Of a stretch of 64,000 nt of DNA, positions 1 through 10,558 are shown one piece after another. The translations under genes and the position numbers were made by a program. Position 1 is the first letter of the stretch. Every line of letters starts with the position of its first letter. Origin of the DNA: a virus (Duplodnaviria; Caudoviricetes); IMG/VR virus record IMGVR_UViG_2847593706_000001, positions 22,144 through 86,143 of that record; one strand, written 5' to 3'. Under the pieces are notes generated by a model. That model did no database searches and had not been told where the DNA came from. It saw only the letters and a program-made list of their open reading frames with translations.

Positions 1-3000
1 CTTGTCGTTCAATGCTTTCTCTTTCAGATGATGATTGAGCAAATCTTTGAAGTTGCTGGGTTTCAATGTCAATACGTTCATATGCTAATTGTTTACTCTG
101 TTCAATTCTGGCACGTTCTGCGTCAAAATAATCATTCATAGCCTGTTGCGCTATATTAAATGATTCAGCAATGACAAGTCCTGCCTGTTCAGAATAATCC
201 TTATCACCAATCATAAATTTTCCATCCTTGCCAGAGATAGATTTTGTAAGAGATGAGGCTAGTCCTGAAACACCACTTCCAGGAATCCCAGAAGAGACTG
301 TTGATTTTGAATCTTTATAATTTTGTTCCGCTTCAGCCTTTTGTCCCTCTAATTTTTGCCTTTCTTTTAGCAGCTTATTGAACTCTCTCATCTCATCATT
401 ATTCAGTTCACGCTTTTGCATTTCAAGTTCTAAAAGCCTTATTTTGGCAATGACACTTCCTAATTCCGCATTAGTATTTTGTAATTCCAATCGTGCAGAA
501 ATTTTTTGAAGTTCAATTTTTTTCTGTGCATTACTAAGCTCTTTGCTTTGTAAAACTAGTTTTCTGTCAGAAGCTGATAACATTTCGTTTGAGTTGGCCA
601 AATCTTCTGTTGTTTCATCCACTACTTTAAAAGAAACTCTTGTAGCTTTTATACGGTATTCACGATTATTTTTATTCTCAGCATCTAATTTTTCTTTGAC
701 AGCTCGAAATAAACTATTTGTTTCTTCTATGGAACCTTTAGAATATTGAGATTGTAAATCCAGTAGTTTCTGATTATAACTAATCTGCATACTTGTACTT
801 TCTTCATAATATGATTTTTCAGCATCTAATTTTTCTTGTTCATTAGAATAAGGGGAATTAATAACAAGGTCTCTTTTCTTCACTATTGCATCCTCTTCAT
901 TTTTCAATTCATCATCAAATCTTTTTTTGGTAATGTTATACAACTTTTCATTAGTTTCCTTTGTAGCCTTTATTTTGTCCAATTGAGCTTGTGATTCCTG
1001 CTTTCTTTCTTCTGCATTTCCTTTCTTCAAATACGCAATCTTAGCATCATAGTATTTATTGTTACTTGCTAGACTTTTTTTAAGATAATCATCTTCCTGA
1101 ATAGATCCCTGCATAAAAGACTTTTCCAAGACTGATAATTCATTATTTTTATTAGCTTCAAGATCTCTAATATAATCTTTCTGTGTTCCCGTTAATCTCG
1201 ACCCTTTGTCTGAAGCTTTTTTTTCGGTTTTGGTAAGGGAATCAAGATAGGCTTGCTTTTGTTTAATTTGTTTGTCAAGTTCATTATACCTTTTAGATCC
1301 GATTTCAGCTGCATCAAATTCAGCTGTTAAAGCTTGTATTTCTTCTCTTAAAGCAGCTAATGTTCTTGATGGAACACTACTACCTTTATTTTCAGTGAAT
1401 CCATTAGTTGTCCCCTTGGCAACATTTTGCACTTGCTCTTTTGTTAAAGTATTTATTTGCTTTTGAAGATCAATCCTCTCCTTTAGATTATTATTATAAA
1501 CATCTTCAGCATCACCAGGGCCAATTCCAATCATTCCACCAACACCACGAGCGAATTCACCCCAAGATCGGCTGTCAAAAACCTTGTTTTTATATTTATC
1601 TGCTTCAAGTTTTGCATTGGCATCATCAGTTGCCTTCATCTCAAGCTCAACCAATTTTTTTTGCTTTTCCTGAACAAGTGATTCAACAGCTTTTGCCCTG
1701 GCAACTTCAAGAATCTTTTTCCGGTAGGCCTCAAGAATTTTTGTTCCTTCAGCTGTTTTAACATTTTCGAGAGTAAGAGCATTTAAATATTGAGGATTAA
1801 TATTAATTAGCTCTTGAAGTGCAATTTTTTTTGTGCTTAATGCAATAGTATTATCCTTTAAAATACGGGTTAAGATCTCAATTTTGGCTATGGTATCAAC
1901 TGTTGCGTCAGTAACTTTTTTGGTTAATTCAGAATTCAACTTCATGTCCATTGCAGATTGTTTCATTGCATTTCCTTGTTTCTTCATACTTTCAGCACTG
2001 GATTCTGTTCTTGCACTTAGTAAAGCAATTGCACCTCCTAATGCAATTATACCCCCTAGAATCCAACCAATGGGCGTGGTAGCCATAGCAATGTTAAGGG
2101 ATATCCATGCGGCTCTTAATCCTGGAATTACGCTATAAAATAGAACTACTGTTGCATTTAATACTCTCCATGCTGCATTGGCTGCAAGTAAAGCTAAAGT
2201 CTGAGCTCTGATAAGAATATTGGAAGCAGTGATTAAGGCATTTCCAATAACAGTTCTGGCAGCATAAACAATTGTTTGTGAAATTGAAACTGCTAAGGCT
2301 TCAATGTTTTTCCAATAAGCTAAAGTTAAAAGAGTTATTAAAGTAATCCATCCAGTCAAAGGAATAGCCCCAATTGCGCCTGTAATTGCAGTAATTAAGA
2401 CAATGGCACCTCGTAAAAAAGCTTGTAGATTTTTATTATTACCCATATCGGTAAAACTCTTTTTAAGTTTGTCCATCCCAGCAGCGAGGTTTTGATTTTT
2501 TTTATCAAAAGCATCTGTAATATTGGAAGTATCCTTGTATGCATCACCTGCACTTTTAATACTTTTTCTGAATGTTTCTGAGTTCTTTCCAAGTACACCT
2601 AATGCTGTGACAATCCCAGCTCCACCTTTTTTAGCAAGTTCAGAATCTCCAAGAGATTGAATCAATTCTTCAATTCCAGCCTTATCTTTAGTAATTCCTT
2701 CTGCAACACGAATAAGTGCTTCAGCTGGATTAGTATTTATTAAGTCAGAAAATTCTTTCTTTGTCATTTTTGCAAACTTTGCAAACTTCTCTGTATCACT
2801 TGCTAGTTTTGGAATGATTCGAACCAATGCAGTAGAAGATGTTTCCGCAGATTGTCCATATTGCTCAAATCCGGAGGCTAGACCAAGAACCGCTGGCAAT
2901 GTTATTTCTGATATTCCCTTTAAACCGGCCATCCTTTTTGCAAAATCATTCAGAAATGGAACAGAAGCAACAGATTCATTTGCGAGCGTACGCACAGCAT

Positions 3001-4240
3001 TACCAGTTCTTAACATTTGCTGCTCAGTAACTCTTCCATTTTCAAAAACGTTGATGAGTTTCACCAAACTTTCGGTACCGGTTTCAACATCACCGAAATC
3101 TTTACCAAAAGCTGTTTTTATCTTATCAATACCGGAAACAACGCCTGCAAGATCATTTTCATCAACTCCTGCTTTGATAGCAATATTTCCAATGTTAACT
3201 AATTCTTTTAGATTTGTTCTGGTGTCGAGTTGTGCTAGTTTATCAACAAGACTTTGAGCGCCACCAGCAGCCTTTTGAAGCTCTACCTCCATTGAAGTAA
3301 CACTATCACTTAGCTCATAAGTATTTTGAACCAATTCTTGAGTTTTGGCAATTGCAGTATTAAAAGAAAGATATCCAACTAAAAAGCCAGTGATTTCCCC
3401 TTTAAGGTTCTTAAAATAATTTTTAAGGTTATTCGTCACCTGCGCCCCAATAGTCCCTGTATTCCTTAAATCTGTTTGAATTCGATTGATTGCGCTTGAA
3501 AATTGGGAAGCTGCATTTCTGTTTTCAATAATTTCTCTCTGAATAGCTTCAAGGTCTCCAGTTCCATTTGTCTTAACTGCATCAAGTTTATTTTTCAATA
3601 CGGACAATTCGGCATCAAGGTCCCTAACTCTATTTTTAGCCTCATTAAGTTGGGTGGCAATAACATTACCAAGACCGGACTTAACCAATGATTCAAGAGT
3701 ATTTTTATTTAAACCTTGCAACATTTGATTTCCGGGATAATTACCAACATTTCTTTGAAACTGGCCAAGGCGTGATTCAATCTGCTTCACTTTACTATCT
3801 AATGCGGTAACTTCAGCCTGTGCAGTTTTGAATTCTGAAGAATCGATTCCAAATTTTACCCCTAAATTTTTAGCATTAGTTCTGGCTTCATTTAATTGTT
3901 TAAGAAGTAGTTTCCATTCGCTCGTGCTATTACGGGTTTCTTCACGAGATCTTTTTTGTTCTGCAGTTTGTTGTTTGTTGGCATTATTGAGTGCTAAAGT
4001 CTCGTTTTTAAGACGGATGGTCTCCTGTCTCAGGCGTTCGGTTTCCAGTTTTGCCTGATTCATTTCTTCCTTATACTTTGTAGCATCTCCAGAAGAAAGG
4101 CCACCTTGAGAAATCAAATCCTTAAGCTGCTTCCATCTTTTTCTCGCATCATCAAATTCTTTATTGACCTTTTTCATGTCTGCAAGAACAACACCTTGCC
4201 CTTGAAGTTTTACTTCATATATTTTGGTAATATTAGCCAT
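1..4240 (-). CDS. Phage tail tape measure protein (3' end outside window; missing from ORF track)
   Basis: Manual translation from ATG at 4240: MANITKIYEVKLQGQG...LGQFQRNVGNYP...LAQLDTRTNLKEL...FLNDFAKRMAG; long helical Ala/Lys-rich ORF. The many + strand ORFs here are its antisense shadows. Confidence 0.9.
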   Translation of the reverse strand, partial: MANITKIYEVKLQGQGVVLADMKKVNKEFDDARKRWKQLKDLISQGGLSSGDATKYKEEMNQAKLETERLRQETIRLKNETLALNNANKQQTAEQKRSREETRNSTSEWKLLLKQLNEARTNAKNLGVKFGIDSSEFKTAQAEVTALDSKVKQIESRLGQFQRNVGNYPGNQMLQGLNKNTLESLVKSGLGNVIATQLNEAKNRVRDLDAELSVLKNKLDAVKTNGTGDLEAIQREIIENRNAASQFSSAINRIQTDLRNTGTIGAQVTNNLKNYFKNLKGEITGFLVGYLSFNTAIAKTQELVQNTYELSDSVTSMEVELQKAAGGAQSLVDKLAQLDTRTNLKELVNIGNIAIKAGVDENDLAGVVSGIDKIKTAFGKDFGDVETGTESLVKLINVFENGRVTEQQMLRTGNAVRTLANESVASVPFLNDFAKRMAGLKGISEITLPAVLGLASGFEQYGQSAETSSTALVRIIPKLASDTEKFAKFAKMTKKEFSDLINTNPAEALIRVAEGITKDKAGIEELIQSLGDSELAKKGGAGIVTALGVLGKNSETFRKSIKSAGDAYKDTSNITDAFDKKNQNLAAGMDKLKKSFTDMGNNKNLQAFLRGAIVLITAITGAIGAIPLTGWITLITLLTLAYWKNIEALAVSISQTIVYAARTVIGNALITASNILIRAQTLALLAANAAWRVLNATVVLFYSVIPGLRAAWISLNIAMATTPIGWILGGIIALGGAIALLSARTESSAESMKKQGNAMKQSAMDMKLNSELTKKVTDATVDTIAKIEILTRILKDNTIALSTKKIALQELININPQYLNALTLENVKTAEGTKILEAYRKKILEVARAKAVESLVQEKQKKLVELEMKATDDANAKLEADKYKNKVFDSRSWGEFARGVGGMIGIGPGDAEDVYNNNLKERIDLQKQINTLTKEQVQNVAKGTTNGFTENKGSSVPSRTLAALREEIQALTAEFDAAEIGSKRYNELDKQIKQKQAYLDSLTKTEKKASDKGSRLTGTQKDYIRDLEANKNNELSVLEKSFMQGSIQEDDYLKKSLASNNKYYDAKIAYLKKGNAEERKQESQAQLDKIKATKETNEKLYNITKKRFDDELKNEEDAIVKKRDLVINSPYSNEQEKLDAEKSYYEESTSMQISYNQKLLDLQSQYSKGSIEETNSLFRAVKEKLDAENKNNREYRIKATRVSFKVVDETTEDLANSNEMLSASDRKLVLQSKELSNAQKKIELQKISARLELQNTNAELGSVIAKIRLLELEMQKRELNNDEMREFNKLLKERQKLEGQKAEAEQNYKDSKSTVSSGIPGSGVSGLASSLTKSISGKDGKFMIGDKDYSEQAGLVIAESFNIAQQAMNDYFDAERARIEQSKQLAYERIDIETQQLQRFAQSSSERESIERQ

Positions 4241-4243
4241 ATT

Positions 4244-4262
4244 TATTGTTTTAAAGACAATA
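4244..4262. promoter_or_regulatory. 19-bp palindromic operator, copy 1 (TATTGTTTTAAAGACAATA)
   Basis: Near-identical copies at 10402, 12315 and 16045, all intergenic. Confidence 0.7.
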
Positions 4263-4279
4263 TTTTACTTTAAAAATTT

Positions 4280-6661
4280 TTATCGCGGAATATCTGTATA
4301 CAAGCACATTAATCGGTTGTATTGCGTGTCAAATACTTTATCAATAATTGTATTGTCAGTGTTACTAATCGGTTCAGTCAAAACTTCGACAGCATCTGTC
4401 AAAATGCTTTTTTCACTTGGATATGTATTTTTATTTTCTCTCTCAGAAACCGGCACCCATTTTCTCAACAAACATCCGGTTGAAGTATCTTTTAATGCCT
4501 TATAGCCATCAATTTTAATAAGTTCAAACAATTCACCATGTATGGCAATTCTTTCACGATGAAACCAGTTTGTTACATCTTTGTTTGTCATATCCATGTA
4601 AGTGTTTAGTTGCCTTCCATCATTCATTATCGCTAATCTTTGCCAGAAGAATCTTTTAATTAATCCACGACCTAAGACATAGCTTCCAGAATCACCAATC
4701 TTTTCATCTGTATAGGAAAGGATAGGATCATTTTCACCACCTTTTTTATAGTTTACAGCGAATAGATAAGGGAAATCATTATAAGTTGTAATTGAACCAT
4801 CATTGTCCTTAAATCTCCAGCCTCCAACACCAGAAACACGACCTTTATAATATGCTGTTTTTGGCGAAAATGTATTTTGAGATTCACCACTTGAAGTATT
4901 TGAAATGTTTTCTGGAACCATACAAATTATTTGTGGTGCTTGACCTGTCACATCTGAAAAATCGTCGACATTAAAGTGCATAGTAGGTGAATAGAATCTA
5001 TTTTCATACTCTTTTTTTTCTGCCTTAAATCTCTCAGAAAATAAATATTTACCGCTTGCAAGTGTGATTTTATACCGGTCTTGAACAATTTTCAATGCTC
5101 CATCATTAGAATCATCTTTAAACTTAAATACGAATTCTCTTGCGTTGTTGTTGTAGATTTCAACATGACTTTCTTTAGAAATATCTTCTTTATAAGTCCA
5201 ATCAATCACATTGCCGTTGAAATAACCTTTCTTTTTTTGTGATTGATCATGAGTAATAGAATATTCATGAGTAGGTTCAATCAGTACTTCCTTGTTTACA
5301 GGATCTGTTTGAAATGATAGATTGTATAAATCAACTTCACCTCTTAGAAAATCTAAAAATTTATGTTTTTGAAATGGCAGGTAAGAATCAAAAGAAACAT
5401 TACCTCCCAACGGAATTTTGAAGTATTCAATTTGAAATTGGTCAACCTTAAGAGTACATCTAGCAACAGTTGCTGTTTTACTTTCTTTTACTCTTAGTTT
5501 TACTTTACAGATTACTTCGTCATTTGGCTGAACAAGAGTTGAGAAAAATACATTTGCAACATCACTTCCTTCTGTACTTCCAACGGTCGGGGCTTGGTGA
5601 TCAAAAATTTGATTCTGTTGTTTCTGCACCATTCCCGAAGCATTTTTCTGATACCAAAACACATTTAGTTCTACAATGGAAGACAGATCTATTTTATAAT
5701 CATAGAAAAGCTGTAAAGAAAACGTTACTTCTAAGGGGCCATAATGAGGCGTCTTATATTGCCAAACCATATCTGTACCACCTCCATGTTCATCATTACC
5801 CCGATAATCTCCACCAGGAACAGTGTTGTTATTATCAAAACACGGTGTTGGGGTATCTCTTACATTCAGATCAACAAAATCATCCATTTCCTCAAATCTC
5901 CTTTCAATATCACTTTTTGCTAAAAACTTGTGTATATCATACTTTGTTCCTCCGGATGTAAGGAAATTTCCAAAAGTCCACAAAAGAACTTGTCTGCGAT
6001 AAAACGATGAATCAAAAAAATCAGATTTTATTTTATATCCAAACATTTTAAAAGCCCAGTAAGTAATGAAGTACTTTGATAGAGATGGTCTAAAATTCTT
6101 TATATGATAACTCTTATCATTATTGTCTTGAAGATCTAAAGGAGCGGCATATTTGACGGGTGCAAATACATATGGAAGATTCTCATCTGTTCCATCAAAA
6201 TTCCAAGAATTAATAATCGTGTTTTTATCAAATATTAATTGTAAATCTTTTAATATTTCAAATAATGTCAGTTCCTTCATATCAATAATCCAGTCACCAT
6301 TGTTTCCAAAAGCATCAATTTCATAAGATGTTGGCTTATTTGCCTTTCTGAAAGCTTTTTTTGGTAATGCTTTTCCTATAAATATTTCATCACCATTTGC
6401 CTCAATCACAATTCTTCTCATTCCTTTAAAAAATTCATTAGGCGTTAAATCTTCTACTGAAGTATTATGGAATGTATTTAGGATTTTTTGATTACTTTGT
6501 GTTGCTGGAAGTTTAATTCCAGTTGATTCACTGCTTTTTTTAGCTTGGAAATTCTCAACATCTTCCAGTTGATAATCTATAGCAATAGGGAAATCAGAAT
6601 TGGTGTCAATATCCAATTCCTCATTATCTAAAATAAGTCTTAAATAGTCACCTCCTGCCAT
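4280..6661 (-). CDS. Large phage tail/baseplate-type structural protein (793 aa)
   Basis: Adjacent to tape measure gene; N-terminal ...SSESTGIKLPATQSN typical of Bacteroidota siphophage tail proteins. Confidence 0.65.
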   Translation of the reverse strand: MAGGDYLRLILDNEELDIDTNSDFPIAIDYQLEDVENFQAKKSSESTGIKLPATQSNQKILNTFHNTSVEDLTPNEFFKGMRRIVIEANGDEIFIGKALPKKAFRKANKPTSYEIDAFGNNGDWIIDMKELTLFEILKDLQLIFDKNTIINSWNFDGTDENLPYVFAPVKYAAPLDLQDNNDKSYHIKNFRPSLSKYFITYWAFKMFGYKIKSDFFDSSFYRRQVLLWTFGNFLTSGGTKYDIHKFLAKSDIERRFEEMDDFVDLNVRDTPTPCFDNNNTVPGGDYRGNDEHGGGTDMVWQYKTPHYGPLEVTFSLQLFYDYKIDLSSIVELNVFWYQKNASGMVQKQQNQIFDHQAPTVGSTEGSDVANVFFSTLVQPNDEVICKVKLRVKESKTATVARCTLKVDQFQIEYFKIPLGGNVSFDSYLPFQKHKFLDFLRGEVDLYNLSFQTDPVNKEVLIEPTHEYSITHDQSQKKKGYFNGNVIDWTYKEDISKESHVEIYNNNAREFVFKFKDDSNDGALKIVQDRYKITLASGKYLFSERFKAEKKEYENRFYSPTMHFNVDDFSDVTGQAPQIICMVPENISNTSSGESQNTFSPKTAYYKGRVSGVGGWRFKDNDGSITTYNDFPYLFAVNYKKGGENDPILSYTDEKIGDSGSYVLGRGLIKRFFWQRLAIMNDGRQLNTYMDMTNKDVTNWFHRERIAIHGELFELIKIDGYKALKDTSTGCLLRKWVPVSERENKNTYPSEKSILTDAVEVLTEPISNTDNTIIDKVFDTQYNRLMCLYTDIPR

Positions 6662-7242
6662 TATCTTAATGTTACATTATCATTACTCATTGTAAACTTG
6701 ATTTTAACAATGTATTCATATCTTCTTTCATTCTTACGAGTAATCAATTTCAAATCTGCAATTTCAATGGGTATAAACTCTTTTTTGATACTTTCCTTGA
6801 ATCCGTTTGGAAGATTTAATTCTATCCATGATTTCGGTGTGTTCATCAAGTCTTTAAACCAATATTGATCAGATTCACCGTAACATCTCGTTTCAACTTC
6901 GTATGTTTCATTTGAGGTTATATTTTTTCTATAACTCCCTCCTTTAGATCGATCTAAAGGAAACTTCAGAGACTTTTCCCACGACTCAGATTTTGTTTCA
7001 GTTTCTTCAAGAACTCGAATGAAGTTTACGGAATCAATCTCACCAAATGAGTTAATGAAATGTATTCTTACCTTATCATCAAGACAGCAACAATCAACTT
7101 TATTAATGCGGCTTTCTGCTATGGTAGAACTATTATTCCCTTTGACAACTATGGAGTACTCTACTATTTTTGACCAATCAATTTGCGGAAATAATGGTTT
7201 TAGGTTTGTTACTCCTTCCGGTATATAATATATATTGTTCAT
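6661..7242 (-). CDS. Phage tail-associated structural protein (193 aa)
   Basis: Translationally coupled within the tail operon; FINSFGEIDSVNF motif. Confidence 0.55.
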   Translation of the reverse strand: MNNIYYIPEGVTNLKPLFPQIDWSKIVEYSIVVKGNNSSTIAESRINKVDCCCLDDKVRIHFINSFGEIDSVNFIRVLEETETKSESWEKSLKFPLDRSKGGSYRKNITSNETYEVETRCYGESDQYWFKDLMNTPKSWIELNLPNGFKESIKKEFIPIEIADLKLITRKNERRYEYIVKIKFTMSNDNVTLR

Positions 7243-7254
7243 ATTGAAGTCATT

Positions 7255-8223
7255 TTAAATTGTTATCTCTGGTAATTCGTTGAATGAATTTGAAATACAA
7301 CTTCCAATCACCATTAATCTAAAGTTCATAACTCCAATTGAATCAACAGATATGATTACCGGTTGCATCATCGGGTATTCTTGATAGGTCCAAGTGGCTG
7401 TATTTTGTTTTTTCCAGTAAATTCTGACTGCAGATTGGTTGTTAATGACTGGATTTGTCCATGTGATTTCAAATTCCTGTGTAGTGCCAATTATTTTCTT
7501 AACAACATTTACATTAGAAACAAAGGGACAATGCATGATTTTGTCTGAACAAATAGTGATTACTTCACCAGTTACTGTTTTATATTTTATACAAACTTCT
7601 TTTGGTTCTACATTTGAGATAATAGGGAAGTGAGAACTGTCGTTTTTACAAAATAAATAAACCATAGGGCGCTTCGTCAATGGATAAGTTCCATAGGCCC
7701 ATAATCCTGTTTTGTACGAATCTAAAAGCTCATCAAAGTTTTGGCTTTCCTCATGTTGTATTACAGAATTCAATCCATACACTTCATTTGATTTTGTTCC
7801 ACCACCAGAAACTGGTTGAGTCGATGAAGTACCTTGAATTGGTTCTAATTGCTCACTTTTAATAAAACCATTGGGGTCATTAAATCCATTCCGGAACTTG
7901 ACATATATATGTTTGATTGTATTAGTGAACTTTTCAACAATAAAACCATTCATTATGGGAAGGTTATAATCCATTAATTCCTGAATTGTATCTTGTATAT
8001 CAAATTCATATTCAGGTGACAAACCGTCATTTTTTATATATTGTGTTCTTGAAAGTGTTTTATAATAAATACCTTCAACATAAATATCACAATACACAAC
8101 TGGACAAATATATTTATCTGTTGTTGAATTTGGAATCTGAGCCTTACATCTAAAAATAAATGGTCTATAAGCAGAATTCAATGAATCTGTCTCTGGTTGA
8201 TATGTAACTGCAGTAACTGGCAT
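7255..8223 (-). CDS. Putative phage structural protein with C-terminal beta-rich domain (322 aa)
   Basis: ORF in tail operon; beta-strand-rich composition. Confidence 0.5.
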   Translation of the reverse strand: MPVTAVTYQPETDSLNSAYRPFIFRCKAQIPNSTTDKYICPVVYCDIYVEGIYYKTLSRTQYIKNDGLSPEYEFDIQDTIQELMDYNLPIMNGFIVEKFTNTIKHIYVKFRNGFNDPNGFIKSEQLEPIQGTSSTQPVSGGGTKSNEVYGLNSVIQHEESQNFDELLDSYKTGLWAYGTYPLTKRPMVYLFCKNDSSHFPIISNVEPKEVCIKYKTVTGEVITICSDKIMHCPFVSNVNVVKKIIGTTQEFEITWTNPVINNQSAVRIYWKKQNTATWTYQEYPMMQPVIISVDSIGVMNFRLMVIGSCISNSFNELPEITI

Positions 8224-8714
8224 TATATTATTTCAGATTTTTGTTTATCAAGTTCATTAAAAAAAAGAGTATCCATTCCTTTATCCATTACAGAGTCAAC
8301 TTCACGTTCTTTTTTTTTCCAAGTCGCCTGGATGAAATATCTTCTTTCTCCTGTTTTTGAAAGCATTCTTGAATATTCTGTTGGTACACCTTCACGTAGA
8401 TGATGAGGAAGAAGTCTTTTAGCTTTTTTAAATGCTCTTTTTGCGTCAAAACCTAATTTGAGATAAAAACCATACAAAGCTTTTAAATGGGTAGATGCAC
8501 TCCCTAATTCTGAAGGGCGAACCCCAAATTCCATTTTTTGAATATAGTCTACTGCATAGCCTTCCAGAATACTAATGTTTTTCTGTTCTTTAATTTTTAC
8601 ATTTCCTTTGATGGTAGCCTCAAGTTCATCCAACAGAACATGTCCTTGAAGGTGTAATTCTTGAATAATACCTTCATTTAAGATCTGGGAAATACGCTGT
8701 AACTCTGCATTCAT
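8223..8714 (-). CDS. Putative neck/tail-completion protein (163 aa)
   Basis: Position; YIQKMEFGVRP motif reminiscent of HK97 gp10-like proteins. Confidence 0.45.
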   Translation of the reverse strand: MNAELQRISQILNEGIIQELHLQGHVLLDELEATIKGNVKIKEQKNISILEGYAVDYIQKMEFGVRPSELGSASTHLKALYGFYLKLGFDAKRAFKKAKRLLPHHLREGVPTEYSRMLSKTGERRYFIQATWKKKEREVDSVMDKGMDTLFFNELDKQKSEII

Positions 8715-8980
8715 AATCTTTGTAGCTTTTGATATTCATTTTCAAGTTCAATAAGAAATGGTTTCATTTGATTAAAGTTTGTAAGAATATTTCTTAAACA
8801 AATTGGGCAGCTTGTCACTTCTTTTCCAGGTTCAATAAAGGTGTGCCAGATCTTCAACAATTTTTGCATATTGGAGTTATCCCAAACTGCAACAGTATTT
8901 GAAATTATGTCACTTTCTGTAAGTAGAACCTGACTTCTTACTTCATCCGGAATTTTGGCAGCTATATTCTTAATGCTCAT
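8711..8980 (-). CDS. Hypothetical phage protein with CxxC (89 aa)
   Basis: Coupled ORF, SCPIC motif. Confidence 0.6.
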   Translation of the reverse strand: MSIKNIAAKIPDEVRSQVLLTESDIISNTVAVWDNSNMQKLLKIWHTFIEPGKEVTSCPICLRNILTNFNQMKPFLIELENEYQKLQRL

Positions 8981-9566
8981 GATGTGGGTGTAATTCGTTT
9001 GTGTTTATAGTAAAATTGTTAATATCATCTACAGAATAGTCTTCAATATCACAGCTGATTGATAGGTCAAGTTCAAATGTTAATCCTACACCTGCAAGGT
9101 TGTCATTCCCAACACCTGAAAAACGTTCTATCATATCAATAGATGTGCATTCTCTCAAACCGGCTTCTGGAAATTTTTCAATTAACATATTCAGGAATCT
9201 TCGGAAGTCTTTGGCACAAACCCCCATATCCTTCCAAATCTGTTCGGTAGTATGTTGCGATAGGTTATTGAAAGGGTTTCTGTTTTGAGTTCCGTTAACA
9301 TCATTATATTGTGGAGTAAGAAACAATAATCTACATCTATATTTGCTCCAATTGGTGTCAAAGTTTGGCAGTTCCACTGGTGGAAACATTATACAAATAG
9401 GATATTTATTTCCGTCTGATATTCCCTTCAGAAAATCTTTTAGAACTTCACCTGCATTGTCTTTATTAAGTTCATCACCATAATTTGGTCCGGTCACAAA
9501 TCTTCTCATTACCTTTGATTTAGTAATGATGTCTTTAAATAATTGATATAATCCTAATTCATTCAT
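8970..9566 (-). CDS. Putative tail terminator-like protein (198 aa)
   Basis: Position and size; C-terminal ERFS...LAGVGLTFEL pattern. Confidence 0.45.
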   Translation of the reverse strand: MNELGLYQLFKDIITKSKVMRRFVTGPNYGDELNKDNAGEVLKDFLKGISDGNKYPICIMFPPVELPNFDTNWSKYRCRLLFLTPQYNDVNGTQNRNPFNNLSQHTTEQIWKDMGVCAKDFRRFLNMLIEKFPEAGLRECTSIDMIERFSGVGNDNLAGVGLTFELDLSISCDIEDYSVDDINNFTINTNELHPHHEH

Positions 9567-9567
9567 T

Positions 9568-9825
9568 TTATTTCTTCCATAGGTTCATTGGACACTTTTC
9601 ATCTTCAACCAGGCTTTTTTCAATGATTGGACAACCACATTTTTCACATGCCTTTGTTTTTTCCTCCATTGCTTGATTCTCTCTAAACTTTAAAAAAGAT
9701 TTCTCAACAGCAAAAGGGCAATTCCGGCACACTACAAGTCTTTGTTCAGAAAGTATTCTTATTTTTTCTGACACTGAAAAGTAGGACCGGAACCAACCTT
9801 TTAATATGTGAATGGGTTTTAACAT
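9568..9825 (-). CDS. Cys-rich putative zinc-binding phage protein
   Basis: RLVVCRNCP...CEKCGC...CPMNLW; ATG at 9825 overlaps the stop of the upstream 41-aa ORF. Confidence 0.65.
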   Translation of the reverse strand: MLKPIHILKGWFRSYFSVSEKIRILSEQRLVVCRNCPFAVEKSFLKFRENQAMEEKTKACEKCGCPIIEKSLVEDEKCPMNLWKK

Positions 9826-9944
9826 CCGCAAAACCAATATTTATGAATGATAATTCCTAAACCAATGCAGACTGCAGCCATAATTAAGATTACAACGCAA
9901 CCGGCTCCCAACTGGGCTTTATTGATTTGATTATTATTTTCCAT
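9819..9944 (-). CDS. Small membrane protein (41 aa; not in ORF track)
   Basis: MENNNQINKAQLGAGCVVILIMAAVCIGLGIIIHKYWFCGC; coupled to both neighbours; one hydrophobic helix. Confidence 0.6.
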   Translation of the reverse strand: MENNNQINKAQLGAGCVVILIMAAVCIGLGIIIHKYWFCGC

Positions 9945-10381
9945 TATCTTCCTTTGAATGGAATTACATTCTTACCGTTTTTAGGCATCTGCAAGGCAGC
10001 TTGTGTTTGCAGTTTATTCATAAGTTCAGTTCTGATTGGAATAACCAATTCATTCCATTGTTTTGATAGATCATCAGAATAGAACAGATAAACATGATAT
10101 TCGTTTGCAGGAATCCCCAGTTCTTTTGGAGATGTCCTTGTAAGTGCATTAAGCAAGAAAGAAACTGTGAACAAATTAAATTCAGGCTTTTCCTTCAATA
10201 GTTCGTTCAATAACCCTCCATAGATGGAAACATCACAATCCAAGTGATATAATGAACTTACATCCATTAATTTTTTCCAGATGGGAATTAAATGGTGTGC
10301 ATTCTCTTTTGGAATTTCAAATTTTACTACTTCAAGTCTTTCTTTGAATAATTTTTCAAAATCTTGCTGTTGTTGATTCAT
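9944..10381 (-). CDS. Hypothetical phage protein (145 aa)
   Basis: ORF track; co-oriented with operon. Confidence 0.65.
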   Translation of the reverse strand: MNQQQQDFEKLFKERLEVVKFEIPKENAHHLIPIWKKLMDVSSLYHLDCDVSIYGGLLNELLKEKPEFNLFTVSFLLNALTRTSPKELGIPANEYHVYLFYSDDLSKQWNELVIPIRTELMNKLQTQAALQMPKNGKNVIPFKGR

Positions 10382-10401
10382 TTTAAATATGTTTTTAAAT
10401 A

Positions 10402-10420
10402 TGTTGTTTTTAAGACAATA
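10402..10420. promoter_or_regulatory. 19-bp palindromic operator, copy 2 (TGTTGTTTTTAAGACAATA)
   Basis: Matches copies at 4244, 12315 and 16045. Confidence 0.65.
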
Positions 10421-10484
10421 TTTGTGAGTAAAACCCGGTCTACTTTATTTCAACCGGGAAAACACACAAATGAAAAAAAGTTTG

Positions 10485-10558
10485 AGCAAAGTAGCAGATT
10501 TGAACTGCTGAACATCCGGGTTGCAATCGGCTCCCTTAGACCACTCGGGCAACTTTGC
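10485..10558 (-). tRNA. Phage-encoded tRNA-Cys(GCA), imperfect anticodon stem
   Basis: GCAAAGT/ACTTTGC acceptor stem, D arm CCCGAGTGGTCTAAGGG, loop TTGCAAC, T arm AGCAG-TTCAAAT-CTGCT, U73 discriminator. Confidence 0.85.

Noticed and set aside
543-4505. Numerous + strand ORFs in the ORF track
   Set aside because: Antisense shadows of the minus-strand tape measure gene, which the track omitted because it runs off the window
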